Source: an uncultured delta proteobacterium (GTDB lineage Bacteria; Myxococcota_A; Polyangia; Polyangiales; Polyangiaceae). From it: a stretch of DNA of 64,000 nt. The translations under genes were made by a program, and so were the position numbers. The notes beneath the pieces were generated by a model that worked only from the letters and a program-made list of their open reading frames with translations, did not search any database and was not told the DNA's origin. This document shows, one piece after another, positions 17,678 through 28,140 of this stretch (its first letter is position 1; each line of letters starts with the position of its first letter). The stretch is from contig CAWJCS010000006.1 of the NCBI GenBank assembly GCA_963841435.1, forward strand, positions 960,001-1,024,000, in the 5' to 3' direction.

Positions 17678-18037
17678 TCAGCGGACGTCGCCTGGCATGT
17701 GGCCCATGCTGCGCCATGCCGCAGCGAGCTGTCCTCGCTCGCGCTCGTCGAAGAGAGCCGGGTCCCGCGCGCGGGAAGCCTCGGCGAAGCGAAGCCAGCG
17801 ATCGGCCGCCCCCGCGTTGCCGAGGGTGAGCTCGACGAGCCCGCGGTAAAGCGCGTAGCGCGACAAAATGCGTGGCCCCTCGCGCCGCGCTCCATGCTCG
17901 AGGGCGCGCAGCGTCGCGGCCGCTTCCGGTGCCCGGCCGTCCCGCCAGGCATCGACCGCCGCGCCGAGGCGCGTCGTGCACCCCGGGAGCCCGACGAGCA
18001 GGCAAAGCGCAACGAGACGGGAGCTCGGGCACCGCAT
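17678..18037 (-). CDS. Small helical (TPR-like) lipoprotein
   Basis: LLVGLPGC lipobox; YALYRGLVELTLGNAGAADRWL helix pair. Confidence 0.6.
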   Translation of the reverse strand: MRCPSSRLVALCLLVGLPGCTTRLGAAVDAWRDGRAPEAAATLRALEHGARREGPRILSRYALYRGLVELTLGNAGAADRWLRFAEASRARDPALFDERERGQLAAAWRSMGHMPGDVR

Positions 18038-18203
18038 GCCTGCGCATCGGTCGGGGCTAACCCGAGTTGCGTCCCAAGTGGAAACTGCGGGGCGACGCCT
18101 GGCGCCCGCAGGCCCGCCCGATGGGCGACTTCCGAGCGAAAGGACCCTCCTTTCTCGAACACGCGCGAAAGAGCGTCGCGAAAGTGCTAATAGCGCGCCG
18201 GCC

Positions 18204-20018
18204 ATGACCCCCCGCGAAGAAATCCGCAACGTTGCCATCATCGCGCACGTCGATCACGGAAAGACCACGCTCGTGGACGCGATGCTCAAGCAAACCGGAA
18301 CCTATCGGGCCAACGAGCAGGTCATCGAGCGCGTGATGGACTCGAACGACCTCGAGCGTGAGCGAGGCATCACCATCCTCGCCAAGCACTGTAGCGTCAA
18401 CTATCGCGGCGTGACGATCAACATCATCGACACGCCCGGCCACGCCGACTTCGGGGGCGAGGTCGAGCGCACGCTGAAGATGGCCGATGGGGCGTTATTG
18501 CTCGTGGACGCCGCCGAGGGGCCGCTGCCGCAAACGCGATTCGTGTTGGGCAAGGCCATCGAGCTCGGCTTGCCGGTCGTGGTCGTCATCAACAAGATCG
18601 ATCGCGGCGACGCTCGCCCCGCCGACGTGCTCAACGAGGTGTTCGACCTGTTCTGCGAGCTCGAAGCGAGCGACGCCCAGGCGGACTTCGCGACGCTGTA
18701 TGCGGTCGGCAAGTTCGGGCTCGCCAAGAAGTCGCTCGAGGAGGAAGCGAAGGGCCTCGAGCCGCTGTTCGAAACGATTCTCGAGCGAGTGCCGCCGCCG
18801 CGTGGCGACGTTTCGGGACCGCTCCAGCTGCTCGTTCACAACATCGAGCACGACGACTACGTCGGCCGGCTCGGCATCGGGCGCGTCGTGCGCGGTGAGC
18901 TCGCGGTCGGCGCCAACGTGCAGCTCGTCGGCGCCAGCGAGAGCAAGCTTTCGCGCGTGAGCGCGCTTTACGGTTACGAGGGGCCGCGGCGCGTGAAGAT
19001 TGCCAGCGCGAAAATGGGCGACATCGTCGCGGTCGCCGGCATGGAAGAGGTCCAGATCGGCGATACGCTCGCAGCGCCCGACCGTCCCGAGGCGCTGCCC
19101 CGCATCGTCGTCGAGGAGCCGACCATCAAGGTGCGCTTCGTCGTCAACACGTCGCCGCTCGCGGGGCGCGTGGGCAAGTGGGTGACCTCGCGACACCTCA
19201 AGGATCGGCTGGGACGCGAGGCGCGGCGCAACCTCGCCCTGCGCGTCGAAGACACGCCCGAACCGGATACGTTCGTCGTGTTCGGGCGCGGAGAGCTCAT
19301 GCTCGCCGTGCTTGCCGAGACCATGCGGCGCGAGGGCTACGAGTTCGCGCTCGGCATGCCCGAGGTCGTCGTGCGCGACGTCGACGGCGTGCCGTCCGAG
19401 CCCATCGAGCGCGTGAGCGTCGACGTGCCCGAGCAGTACGTGGGTGTCGTCACGACGCGCCTCGGCGAGCGTCGCGGTAAGCTCGTGAAGATGGCAAACC
19501 TCGGATTCGGGCGCGCGCGGCTCGAGTACGTCGTGCCGTCGCGCGGGTTGATCGGCTTCCGCTCGGCGTTCCTCACGGAGACGCGCGGCATGGGCCTTTT
19601 GAACTCGCTATTCGAGGGCTGGGAACCGTACGCGGGCCCCATGCTACGGCGCCCGAACGGCGCGCTCGTGGCCGACAGGAAGGGCTCGACGACGCCGTAT
19701 GCCCTCTTCCACCTGCAGCCGCGCGGCGTCCTGTTCATCGGGCCCGGTACCGATGTATACGAAGGCATGATCGTGGGCGAGCACAACCGCCCGAACGACC
19801 TCGACGTCAACGTGACGCGCGAGAAGAAGCTCACCAACATCCGCGCTGCGGGTCGCGACGAGAACGTCATCCTGAGCCCTCCCCACGTGCTCACGATCGA
19901 CACGGCGCTCGAGTTCATCGATCGCGACGAGCTCGTCGAGGTCACACCGGACGCCGTGCGCATACGCAAGCAGGTGCTCGACTGCAACCGGCGGCCGCGC
20001 CGCGACGCCGACAGCTGA
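18204..20018 (+). CDS. typA: Translational GTPase TypA/BipA
   Basis: AHVDHGKTT, ERERGITILAK, DTPGHADFGGEVER, NKID, KKLTNIRA. Confidence 0.97.
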   Translation: MTPREEIRNVAIIAHVDHGKTTLVDAMLKQTGTYRANEQVIERVMDSNDLERERGITILAKHCSVNYRGVTINIIDTPGHADFGGEVERTLKMADGALLLVDAAEGPLPQTRFVLGKAIELGLPVVVVINKIDRGDARPADVLNEVFDLFCELEASDAQADFATLYAVGKFGLAKKSLEEEAKGLEPLFETILERVPPPRGDVSGPLQLLVHNIEHDDYVGRLGIGRVVRGELAVGANVQLVGASESKLSRVSALYGYEGPRRVKIASAKMGDIVAVAGMEEVQIGDTLAAPDRPEALPRIVVEEPTIKVRFVVNTSPLAGRVGKWVTSRHLKDRLGREARRNLALRVEDTPEPDTFVVFGRGELMLAVLAETMRREGYEFALGMPEVVVRDVDGVPSEPIERVSVDVPEQYVGVVTTRLGERRGKLVKMANLGFGRARLEYVVPSRGLIGFRSAFLTETRGMGLLNSLFEGWEPYAGPMLRRPNGALVADRKGSTTPYALFHLQPRGVLFIGPGTDVYEGMIVGEHNRPNDLDVNVTREKKLTNIRAAGRDENVILSPPHVLTIDTALEFIDRDELVEVTPDAVRIRKQVLDCNRRPRRDADS

Positions 20019-20024
20019 GGAGCG

Positions 20025-20982
20025 ATGGCGCGGCTCACGGAGCTTCCTCTCGACCGCGCGTCCGAGCTCGCGCTCGCCTACGGCGTCGAGCTCGAGGCCA
20101 TCGAGCCACTCGATCTGGGCTCGGTGAACTCGAACTTCCGGGTGCGCACGCCGGACGGGAGCGTGCTGTTCGCGCGCCTCTACGAGGAGCAGGGCGCAAA
20201 GGGTGCTCGGGCCGAGCTCGAGTTGCTCGTCGCGCTCGCGCGCGCGGGTGTTCCGGTCCCCGAAGCGCTCGTGCCCGAGTCGGGCGAGCTGCCGTCGTTC
20301 TTGGGCAAGCCCTTCGCGCTTTTCCCCTGGGTTGACGGTGAGAATCCGCTGCCTTTCGCGGGTGAGGGAGTCGGACTGTCGCGAAGTCGGTCGCGCCCTC
20401 GCGCTCGTGCACACGGCGAGCGAGCGCGTCGGACGCCTGGGGCAGGGGCGCTTCGGGCCCACCGACATGCTGGAGCGGCTCGCGCGCGTCGAGCGCGACG
20501 CGCAGCGGCCCGATCTCGCTCCCGACATCGCCCGCATCCGGGCACTCTACGACACGCTCACGAAAGAGCGCGACCCGGCGCTCCCGTCGGGCGTCGTGCA
20601 CGGCGATTTGTTCCGGGACAATGTGCTGTTCGAGGGCGACAGTGTCGCCGCGCTGCTCGACTTCGAGAGCGCCTTTCACGGTCCGTTCGCCTACGATCTG
20701 ATGGTGACGATCGCCGCCTGGTGCTACCGCTCGACCTTCGTGCCCGGGCTCGTGCAGGCGCTCGTCGAAGGCTACACGGGCCTTCGTGAGCTCACGGCGG
20801 CCGAGCGGCGCGCGCTGACGAACGAGGGCGCTCTCGGTTGCCTGCGCTTCGCGACGAGCCGCATCACCGACTTCGAGCTGCGCACGCCCCGAGGCGTGCG
20901 GCCCGCGCGCGATTACCGGCGCTTCCTCGCCCGCCTCGATGCCTTGGCGAACGGCGAGCTCGACGGCGTGCTCGACGCGTAG
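20025..20982 (+). CDS. thrB: Homoserine kinase type II (APH fold); +1 frameshift at about 20343
   Basis: GSVNSNF in the first frame; GVVHGDLFRDNVLF and LLDF in the second; removing one A gives WVDGEIRC. Confidence 0.85.
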
Positions 20983-21020
20983 CGTGGGCCGGCGCGCGCG
21001 CTCATGGTAGCCTCCGCGGC

Positions 21021-22400
21021 ATGACGATTGCGCGCGGTGGACGGCTGCCCGACGGCCTCGATGCCGCCATGGAGGAGCTGAATACGAGCGTCAACGTCGA
21101 CAGCGCGCTCTGGCGCGAGGACATCCGGGGCTCGATTGCCCACGCGCGAGGTCTCGCGCGCGCCGGCGTGCTGTCGGAGAGCGAGGTGGAGCGGATCGTC
21201 GGCGGGCTCGAGGCCGTGGCCGGCGAGATCGAGCGCGGCGAGCTCGTCTGGCGACGCGACCGCGAGGACGTCCACATGAACGTCGAGGCGCGCCTCGTCG
21301 AGCTCATCGGGCCCGTGGGCGGGAAGCTCCACACCGGCCGCTCGCGGAACGACCAGGTCGCGACCGATCTCAGGCTCTATTGCCGCCGCCGGGGCGAGGA
21401 GACGGCGGCCGCCGTCACGGCGCTGGGCGAGGTGCTCGTCGACCGGGCCGAGCGCGACATCGACCTCTTGATGCCTGCCTACACGCACCTGCAACGCGCG
21501 CAGCCGAGCCGCGTCTCCCATCACCTCATGGCGTGGCAGGAGCAGCTGCTGCGCGATCGCGGCCGGCTGCGCGATGCGCTCCTGCGCAGCAACGAGTCAC
21601 CACTCGGGTCGGGCGCCGTAGCGGGCACGGGCTTCCCGCTCGACCGCGAGGGCGTGGCGCACGAGCTCGGTTTCGACCGCGCGATGCGAAACTCGATCGA
21701 TGCCACGGCGAGCCGCGATTTTCTCGTCGAGATCGCGGCAGCGCTCGCCATGCTCGGCGTCCACCTCTCGCGTATCGGCGAGGAGATCGTGCTCTGGTCG
21801 TCGCAGGAATTCGGCTTCATGACCCTGAGCGACGCCTTCACGACGAGCTCGTCGATGATGCCGCAGAAGAAGAATCCCGACGTTGCCGAGCTCGTGCGCG
21901 GCCGCGCGGCGCGCACCATCGGCTCGCTCACGAGCCTGCTCGTGCTCGAGAAGGGCCTCGCCTTCGGCTACGGTCGGGATTTGCAGGAGGACAAGCGTCC
22001 CATCATCGACGCCTTCGACTGCGTGATGCCGTGCCTCACGGCGCTCGCCGGAGCGCTCGCCACGGCCAGCTTCGACGCGAAGCGGCTGCGTGCGGCGCTC
22101 GACCGCGGCCACCTCTGCGCCACGGATCTCGCCGATTTTCTCGCGACGGCCGGTGTGCCTTTTCGCGAGGCACACCACGTCGTCGGCGGGCTCGTGCGCG
22201 CGGCGGAGGCGCGCGGCGTGGAGCTCTCGGAGCTGCCACGCTCCGTGCTCGGCGAGGCGCACGCAGCGCTCGATTCGGACGACGTCGTGCGCGTGCTCGA
22301 TCCGGCGCTGGCCGTCGAGCGTCGCCGCGTCGTGGGGGGCCCGGCGCGCGAGCGCGTGCTCGAGGCGATCGCCGAAGCTCGGCTCCGCTGGCGGTCTTGA
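21021..22400 (+). CDS. argH: Argininosuccinate lyase
   Basis: EDVHMNVE, HTGRSRNDQ, YTHLQRAQP, SSMMPQKKNPD. Confidence 0.97.
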   Translation: MTIARGGRLPDGLDAAMEELNTSVNVDSALWREDIRGSIAHARGLARAGVLSESEVERIVGGLEAVAGEIERGELVWRRDREDVHMNVEARLVELIGPVGGKLHTGRSRNDQVATDLRLYCRRRGEETAAAVTALGEVLVDRAERDIDLLMPAYTHLQRAQPSRVSHHLMAWQEQLLRDRGRLRDALLRSNESPLGSGAVAGTGFPLDREGVAHELGFDRAMRNSIDATASRDFLVEIAAALAMLGVHLSRIGEEIVLWSSQEFGFMTLSDAFTTSSSMMPQKKNPDVAELVRGRAARTIGSLTSLLVLEKGLAFGYGRDLQEDKRPIIDAFDCVMPCLTALAGALATASFDAKRLRAALDRGHLCATDLADFLATAGVPFREAHHVVGGLVRAAEARGVELSELPRSVLGEAHAALDSDDVVRVLDPALAVERRRVVGGPARERVLEAIAEARLRWRS

Positions 22401-22475
22401 CGCACCGCGCGCGGGCCTCTGGCCCTTGCGAAAGAGCCATAGAGACAGTCGAAAGCCGTGGGCGTAGAATAGGGC

Positions 22476-23303
22476 GTGGCCCTCCGTCTCCTCGGCTTAG
22501 CCCTGTGCGTTGGTCTCTCACTGTTTGCCTGCTCCGGGTCGTCCTCGGTCGAGAGCAGCCCCGCTAGTGGCGCGAGCGCCGGGTCGTCGGGCACAGGGTC
22601 CGGCAGCGGCGGGCAGAGCACGGGGTCCGGCGGCAGCAGCGGCGGCAGCCCGAGCAGGGGCGGCAGCGGGGGCTTGGCGGCCTCGAGCGGCGGGTCGTCC
22701 GGTTCCGGCGGTGGCGATATGGCCGGCGAGGCGGGAGCCCCTCCGTCGAGCGGTGGCACCGGCGCGGTGTCGGGGTCGGGGGGTGGTGGCGGCATCCCGA
22801 TCGCGAACGCCCCCGTCGAGCTGGCGACGGCCGTCTGCGGGAAGGTGTTCGAGTGCTGCTCCGAAGCGCAAAGAATGGGCCTGAGCATCCTGGGCCAGAG
22901 TGAGGACCAGTGCCGGCTCGCCGTCGCGACGTTCCTCGCGCTCTACGCGGCCGACATCGAGGCTTCCGTCGCCGCAGGTCGCGCCGATTACGACGGCGAG
23001 GCGCTCGCGGGCTGCGTGGCCGAGCAGGAGCAGCGCGCCTGCGACATGCTGCCCGGTCTCGGCGACATCGGCTGCGCCGGGGCGGTCATCCCGCTCGTCC
23101 CGCTCGGGGAGACCTGCGGAGCGCACGACGAATGCATCGACGGCTATTGCGACGGGGCGACGCAGGCGACCTCGCCGACGGGCACCTGCGCGGCCAAGAA
23201 GGCCGACGGGGAGATGTGCGGCGCCGCCGAGGAGTGCGAGGGCGGCGCGTGCACCTCGACCGGGTGCGGTGTTGCGACCAATACGCCCATTTGCGGCGGT
23301 TGA
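22476..23303 (+). CDS. Lipoprotein with Gly/Ser linker and Cys-rich domain
   Basis: LSLFAC lipobox, GS-rich tract, more than 15 Cys in the C-terminal half. Confidence 0.8.
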   Translation: MALRLLGLALCVGLSLFACSGSSSVESSPASGASAGSSGTGSGSGGQSTGSGGSSGGSPSRGGSGGLAASSGGSSGSGGGDMAGEAGAPPSSGGTGAVSGSGGGGGIPIANAPVELATAVCGKVFECCSEAQRMGLSILGQSEDQCRLAVATFLALYAADIEASVAAGRADYDGEALAGCVAEQEQRACDMLPGLGDIGCAGAVIPLVPLGETCGAHDECIDGYCDGATQATSPTGTCAAKKADGEMCGAAEECEGGACTSTGCGVATNTPICGG

Positions 23304-23324
23304 GCGACGGCGCCTGGCCTTTTC

Positions 23325-24311
23325 TCAGCGGAGGCCGTGGTAGACGAACACCGTGCGGTCGGGCGGCGAGTCACGGCCGAAGACGCCCGTGGCAAGCAGC
23401 ACGAGGCTCACCGTGCCAATCGTGGTCGCGCCGGCGATGGCAGCGCGGGCCCAGGGTGCGAGGAGCGGGGCGGGCTCGGGGCGGGCGAGCTCCAACGGCT
23501 CGAAAGGCCGGCAGCGATCGCGCGTGCACTCTGCCACCTCGAGCCGGCCGAGCACGCGCCTGACGGCGACCCAGCGCGCGCAGCGCGCCCCGGCGAAGGG
23601 CACGGGGGTAGCCCCACCCGCGTCGAGCGATCCCACGTCTTCCGTGCTGCAAGCGACGACCGGGCGGACGCGCAGCGCGAGCTCGGCCGGGTCCGCGCCG
23701 TCCGTCGGCACGTTGACCCAGCCCGCGAAGACGAGCTCGTCGCCGCGGAGCACGCGCACCTGATGCGTGCCCGGCGCGAGCGCGTGCGCGGGCGGTGCGA
23801 CCTCGCCGTCCACTTCGAGCGCGTCGTGACCGCCGAGGCCGCGGAAGCGGACTGGGCGCGCGGACCCCGGCGCGGTCGTGAGCGATCCCCCTTCGCCGAA
23901 GGCCGCCGCGCGTGGCCCCTCGAGGGCGTGCGCCCGCGCTGCGAGCTCCCGGGCCTCGGCGTCGCCGCCCGGCTGTCGGCGTCGCACGTCGGCCTCGACG
24001 CGATGCCGCTCGGCCATGAGAAACGCCGCCTGGGGCAGCTCGGGCTCGCGCAACAGGTCGCGTTCGACGCCTGCCAGCACAGCGAGCGCCCGCTCCTCGT
24101 CGAGCGAGGTGGCGAGCGTCCGCGCCTCGTCGATGCGCCCCTCGAGATCGAGCACTGCCTCCGGGCGATACGGAGCAAAAGGTGAGGGCGGTGTAGGCGC
24201 GGGTGCGACCAGGACGACCTCCTGCCTTCGCGCGAAGGCATCGAGCTCGCCGCGTTCGGCGGCCGTCAGACTGCCGGTAACGAGGACGAAGAGGGTGGCC
24301 GTTTGGGTCAT
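23325..24311 (-). CDS. Hypothetical protein with PEGA-like motif and C-terminal TM helix
   Basis: LEVDG...LAPGTHQVRV; hydrophobic C-terminus; the upstream part of the called ORF is a shadow of the GTPase. Confidence 0.6.
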   Translation of the reverse strand: MTQTATLFVLVTGSLTAAERGELDAFARRQEVVLVAPAPTPPSPFAPYRPEAVLDLEGRIDEARTLATSLDEERALAVLAGVERDLLREPELPQAAFLMAERHRVEADVRRRQPGGDAEARELAARAHALEGPRAAAFGEGGSLTTAPGSARPVRFRGLGGHDALEVDGEVAPPAHALAPGTHQVRVLRGDELVFAGWVNVPTDGADPAELALRVRPVVACSTEDVGSLDAGGATPVPFAGARCARWVAVRRVLGRLEVAECTRDRCRPFEPLELARPEPAPLLAPWARAAIAGATTIGTVSLVLLATGVFGRDSPPDRTVFVYHGLR

Positions 24312-24344
24312 CGAGCGACCGTGGTAGGCTGCGTGAGGTTTATC

Positions 24345-25070
24345 GTGCAGCTCGACTTCGTGAACCGCGAGCTTACAATCAAGCTCGTTTACTACGGTCC
24401 GGCGCTCAGTGGGAAGACGACCAACCTGCAGGCGCTGCACAAGGTCGCCGATCCGAGCACGAGCGGGCGGCTCATGACGCTCGAGACGAAGGACGACAGA
24501 ACGCTGTTTTTCGATCTTTTGCCGCTCTCGTTCCGCACTCAGAGCGGTCTCGCCGTCCGGCTCAAGGTCTTCACGGTCCCCGGGCAGGTCATCCACGCGT
24601 CCACGCGGCGGCTCGTCCTGCAGGGCGCCGACGGCGTTGCCTTCGTCGCCGATTCGCGGGTCAGCGAGACGCAGCACAACACGGACTCCTTCCTCGACCT
24701 CAAGGACAACTTGAAGGAGCACGGGCGCTCGCTCAAGCAGATGCCGCTCGTCATCCAGTTCAACAAGCGCGACCTCAAAGACATCCGCAGCGACGAGGAG
24801 ATCGCCGAGCTAGCGGCGCAGGGACGAGAGCCCGTTTACCTGGCCGTCGCCATGCGCGGAGCCGGCACCGTCGAGACCTTCATCGGGCTCTTGCACCTCA
24901 CGTTCAGCGCGCTCGAGGCCGAGCACGGGCTTTCGAAGAAATTCGGCTTCGAGGGTTCGCAGTTCCTCAACGCCGTCACCGCGAAGCTCGGCGAGCGTCG
25001 CGCGTTGCCCGAGGTTCTCGGTGCGTGCGTGGGCGGCGCGCTCGACGTGCTCGCGCCGGAGGGCGCGTAG
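24345..25070 (+). CDS. MglA-family small Ras-like GTPase (paralog)
   Basis: KLVYYGPALSGKTTN, DRTLFFD, TVPGQ, NKRD, AVA; GAGG RBS before the GTG. Confidence 0.92.
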   Translation: MQLDFVNRELTIKLVYYGPALSGKTTNLQALHKVADPSTSGRLMTLETKDDRTLFFDLLPLSFRTQSGLAVRLKVFTVPGQVIHASTRRLVLQGADGVAFVADSRVSETQHNTDSFLDLKDNLKEHGRSLKQMPLVIQFNKRDLKDIRSDEEIAELAAQGREPVYLAVAMRGAGTVETFIGLLHLTFSALEAEHGLSKKFGFEGSQFLNAVTAKLGERRALPEVLGACVGGALDVLAPEGA

Positions 25071-25071
25071 G

Positions 25072-26496
25072 GTGTCGATCCCCGCGCCGCAGGGCACGCT
25101 GGACGAGCTCACGCTGGGGCGCGGGGCCAAGCTTGCCGAGCTCGTGGACAAGGAGAGCCTGGGGCAGCTCGCGCGCAGCCTTGCAGAGCTCTCGTCGGTG
25201 GGCCTGCGCGTTTTCGACGCCGATGGCGTCCTGCTCGCCGATGCGTCGCTCAAGCTCGAGCTCGTCGAGTACCTGTCGACCCTGCGCCGCGTGCGGGCCG
25301 AGCTCGAGAAGACGGTCTCGCAGGTCAAGGCTCTCGATCCGGGCGAAGGGGGACGTGCGACGCTCGATTGCGTGAGCGGCGGCCGTTACCACGTCGTCGT
25401 GCTCGTGCACGACGGCCGGCGCGTGGGTCGAGTCGTCATCGGACCGTACTATCCGCCGTCGCTGGCCGACGTGCCTTCGACGCTGCTCGAGCTCGAGCCC
25501 CAGCTGGATCTCGATCGTGCCCGAGCACTGCTCACGGCGCTCACGCGCGTCTCGGAGCGGGACGTCGAGCGGCTCGCTAGCCACGTCTCGGCGACGCTCG
25601 ACGTCGTGATGTTCAGCGGTCTCCGGGCGCTCTTGACGGGGAACATGCACCTCGCCTCCGTGCGCGAGAGCTATCGTGAGCTGCAGCAGAAGAGCGACAA
25701 GCTGCAGATCGCCTACGACCGGCTCCGCGAGCTCGATCGCCTGAAGAGCAACTTTCTCGCCACCGTGTCGCACGAGCTTCGCACGCCGCTCACGAGCATC
25801 ATCGGCTACAGCGAGATGTTGCTCGAGGGCATCGCGGGCGAAATCAAGGGTGAGCAGCGCGAGTTCGTGGGGACGATTCGCGAAAAGGGCGAGCAGCTCC
25901 TGACGCTCATCAGGGGCCTTTTGGATCTTTCGAAGCTCGAAAGCGGCACCATGAGCCTGCGCAAGGCCCAGACCGAGGTAGCCCCGCTCTTGCGCGACGT
26001 CGCGGCCACGATGACGCCCCACGCCAAGAAGAAGGGCATCGTCATTGCCGCCGACGCGGAAGCGCCCCTGCCGGTGCTCTGGGCGGACGGCGAACGGCTG
26101 CGCCAGGTGCTTTTGAACCTCGTCGAGAACGCCATCAAGTTCACGCCGACCGGCGGCACCGTACGCATGCACGCGAAAATGACGGCCATGTCGTCGGCGC
26201 CCCCGGGCGAGGACGGCGGTCTCGTCCTGCTCGGAGCGCGCCGTTCCGCCGTGGAAATCCGCGTTTCGGACACGGGCATCGGCATCCCGGAAGGCGAGCG
26301 CGATCGTGTGTTCGACGCTTTTTATCAGGTCGATTCGAGCTCGACGCGCGAGCAGGGCGGCACGGGTCTCGGGCTTTCCATCGTGCGGCGCCTGGTCGAG
26401 GGGCACGAGGGGACCGTTCGCGTCGAGGCGAACCAGCCCCAGGGCGCCATGTTCGTCGTGACGATTCCCCTGAAGCGCGCGACCCTCGGGCCATGA
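25072..26496 (+). CDS. Soluble sensor histidine kinase with PocR-like input domain
   Basis: FLATVSHELRTPL, NLVENAIKF, DTGIGI, GGTGLGL; no TM; N-terminus GLRVFDADG...DCVSG...GRVVIGPY. Confidence 0.9.
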   Translation: MSIPAPQGTLDELTLGRGAKLAELVDKESLGQLARSLAELSSVGLRVFDADGVLLADASLKLELVEYLSTLRRVRAELEKTVSQVKALDPGEGGRATLDCVSGGRYHVVVLVHDGRRVGRVVIGPYYPPSLADVPSTLLELEPQLDLDRARALLTALTRVSERDVERLASHVSATLDVVMFSGLRALLTGNMHLASVRESYRELQQKSDKLQIAYDRLRELDRLKSNFLATVSHELRTPLTSIIGYSEMLLEGIAGEIKGEQREFVGTIREKGEQLLTLIRGLLDLSKLESGTMSLRKAQTEVAPLLRDVAATMTPHAKKKGIVIAADAEAPLPVLWADGERLRQVLLNLVENAIKFTPTGGTVRMHAKMTAMSSAPPGEDGGLVLLGARRSAVEIRVSDTGIGIPEGERDRVFDAFYQVDSSSTREQGGTGLGLSIVRRLVEGHEGTVRVEANQPQGAMFVVTIPLKRATLGP

Positions 26497-27467
26497 GCCC
26501 GGCGCGCGGGCGGCGCTTCGGGGAGCGCGAGGCCGTGGCGCTCTTCCGGAGTGCCTTCGAGCGGCGCGGTGCGTCCGTGGCGTTGCTCGGCATCGGCGAC
26601 GACGCCGCTGTGCTCGAGCGTGTGGCGGCTCCGCTCGTCTGGACCATCGATGCTTCGGTGGAGGGCACGCACTTCGAGCGGGCGCTGCTCACGACGGCGG
26701 ACATCGGCTATCGCGCGTTCCAGGCTGCGGCGAGCGACCTCGGGGCGATGGGCGCACGCCCGCTGGCGGCGCTCTCGGCGCTCGAGCTTCCGCGTGGCTT
26801 CGCCCGGCGAGAGCTCGACGCGCTCACACGGGGCCAGGCGCAGGCCGCTCGCGAGTGCGGCTGCCCCATCGTCGGCGGCAATGTCGCCAGGGGGCCCGTG
26901 CTCGCGGTTACGACGACGCTGCTCGGCACGGCGTCGCGCCCGCTCCGACGCTCCGGAGCGCGCGCGGGGGACGAGGTGTGGCTCGTGGGCGACGTGGGGC
27001 TCGCGGCGGCGGGGCTCGCCTTGCTGCAGCGGCGGCCCAAGCGCGGCGGCCGGGGTGAAAGCCTCTGCATCGCTGCGTGGCGCCGGCCGCGAGCGCTCGT
27101 GGCCCAAGGGGCACGCCTCGGCGGGCGCGCCCACGCGCTCATCGACGTGTCGGACGGCCTTGCCGGGGATGCCGGGCACCTGAGCGCGGACAGCGGCGTC
27201 CGGCTCGTCATCGAGGCGGCGGCGCTCGAAGAGATCCTGCGTCCCGACCTCGTCGACGCTGCGCGGGAGCTCGGACGGGAGCCCCTCGAGCTCGCGCTCC
27301 ATGGCGGCGAGGACTACGCGCTTCTCGCGACGGGGCTCAAGGCGCGGCGACCGAGCTTCGCGCGGCGCATCGGGCGCGTCGAGCGGGGGCGCGGCGCGTG
27401 GCTCGAGGGTGCGAGCGGGCGCCCGCGCCGCCTCGGGACAGGGTTCGACCACCTCGAGCCGAGCTAG
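26493..27467 (+). CDS. thiL: Thiamine-monophosphate kinase
   Basis: GIGDDAAV, EGTHF, SDLGAMG, IDVSDGL, GGEDYAL, GFDH. Confidence 0.95.
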   Translation: MSPARGRRFGEREAVALFRSAFERRGASVALLGIGDDAAVLERVAAPLVWTIDASVEGTHFERALLTTADIGYRAFQAAASDLGAMGARPLAALSALELPRGFARRELDALTRGQAQAARECGCPIVGGNVARGPVLAVTTTLLGTASRPLRRSGARAGDEVWLVGDVGLAAAGLALLQRRPKRGGRGESLCIAAWRRPRALVAQGARLGGRAHALIDVSDGLAGDAGHLSADSGVRLVIEAAALEEILRPDLVDAARELGREPLELALHGGEDYALLATGLKARRPSFARRIGRVERGRGAWLEGASGRPRRLGTGFDHLEPS

Positions 27468-27512
27468 CGAAAAGCGGCTGGAGCGCGCCGCGCGGCCCGT
27501 TGCCGCGTTCGC

Positions 27513-27938
27513 TTATTTGCAGGAGGCGGGCATGCCGGCGCCTCTGAGGGCCCCGCGCACCGCGGCGAGCACCGCGGCGTTGCTCTGCCCGGCCCCGACG
27601 GCAATCGAGCAGGCCTGGGCAGCCGCCGTCAGGTATTCCTTGTTCGGCGAGGGCGCGAGCGCCGCATTCGAGGCGAGTGCCGCGCAGCACTTGGCGAGCG
27701 ACATGCCGCCGCCTCCGCCGCCCTTCTTGACCGGGCCTGCATCCTCGCCCGCGTCTGGCATCGCTGCGACTTCCGGCACGAGGGTGAGCGCCTCGGTCGG
27801 CGTCGGCGTCGGCGCGGGCGCCGCGGAGGGCAGGGGCGGGGGAGGCTCGTCCTTCTTGCAGCCGGTGTACGAGGCGAGGCCCACCGAAAGCAGCAGGCCG
27901 AGGCTCATGGGCCTGAGCAGGGAAATGGATTGCGACAT
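27513..27938 (-). CDS. Small Pro-rich lipoprotein
   Basis: Hydrophobic signal ending TGC, PPPLP/PTPT linker, four-Cys helical C-terminus. Confidence 0.7.
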   Translation of the reverse strand: MSQSISLLRPMSLGLLLSVGLASYTGCKKDEPPPPLPSAAPAPTPTPTEALTLVPEVAAMPDAGEDAGPVKKGGGGGGMSLAKCCAALASNAALAPSPNKEYLTAAAQACSIAVGAGQSNAAVLAAVRGALRGAGMPASCK

Positions 27939-28140
27939 GGCTCTCCTCCGCGGGCCGTGCCCGCAAGACGCCCTTTTTACTCGGACCAGACCCAAAACAC
28001 CAAGGGGCTTCTTTTATGCCGGATCAGATCTGCTCCAACGAGACCCGACGGCGTTTGCTCGGCCGGGGACGCCATCAGCGCCCCCGTGAGCGAGACAAGC
28101 GTCGTAGAACCGGCTGACCGGCTGGATCCTGTCGGTTTTC

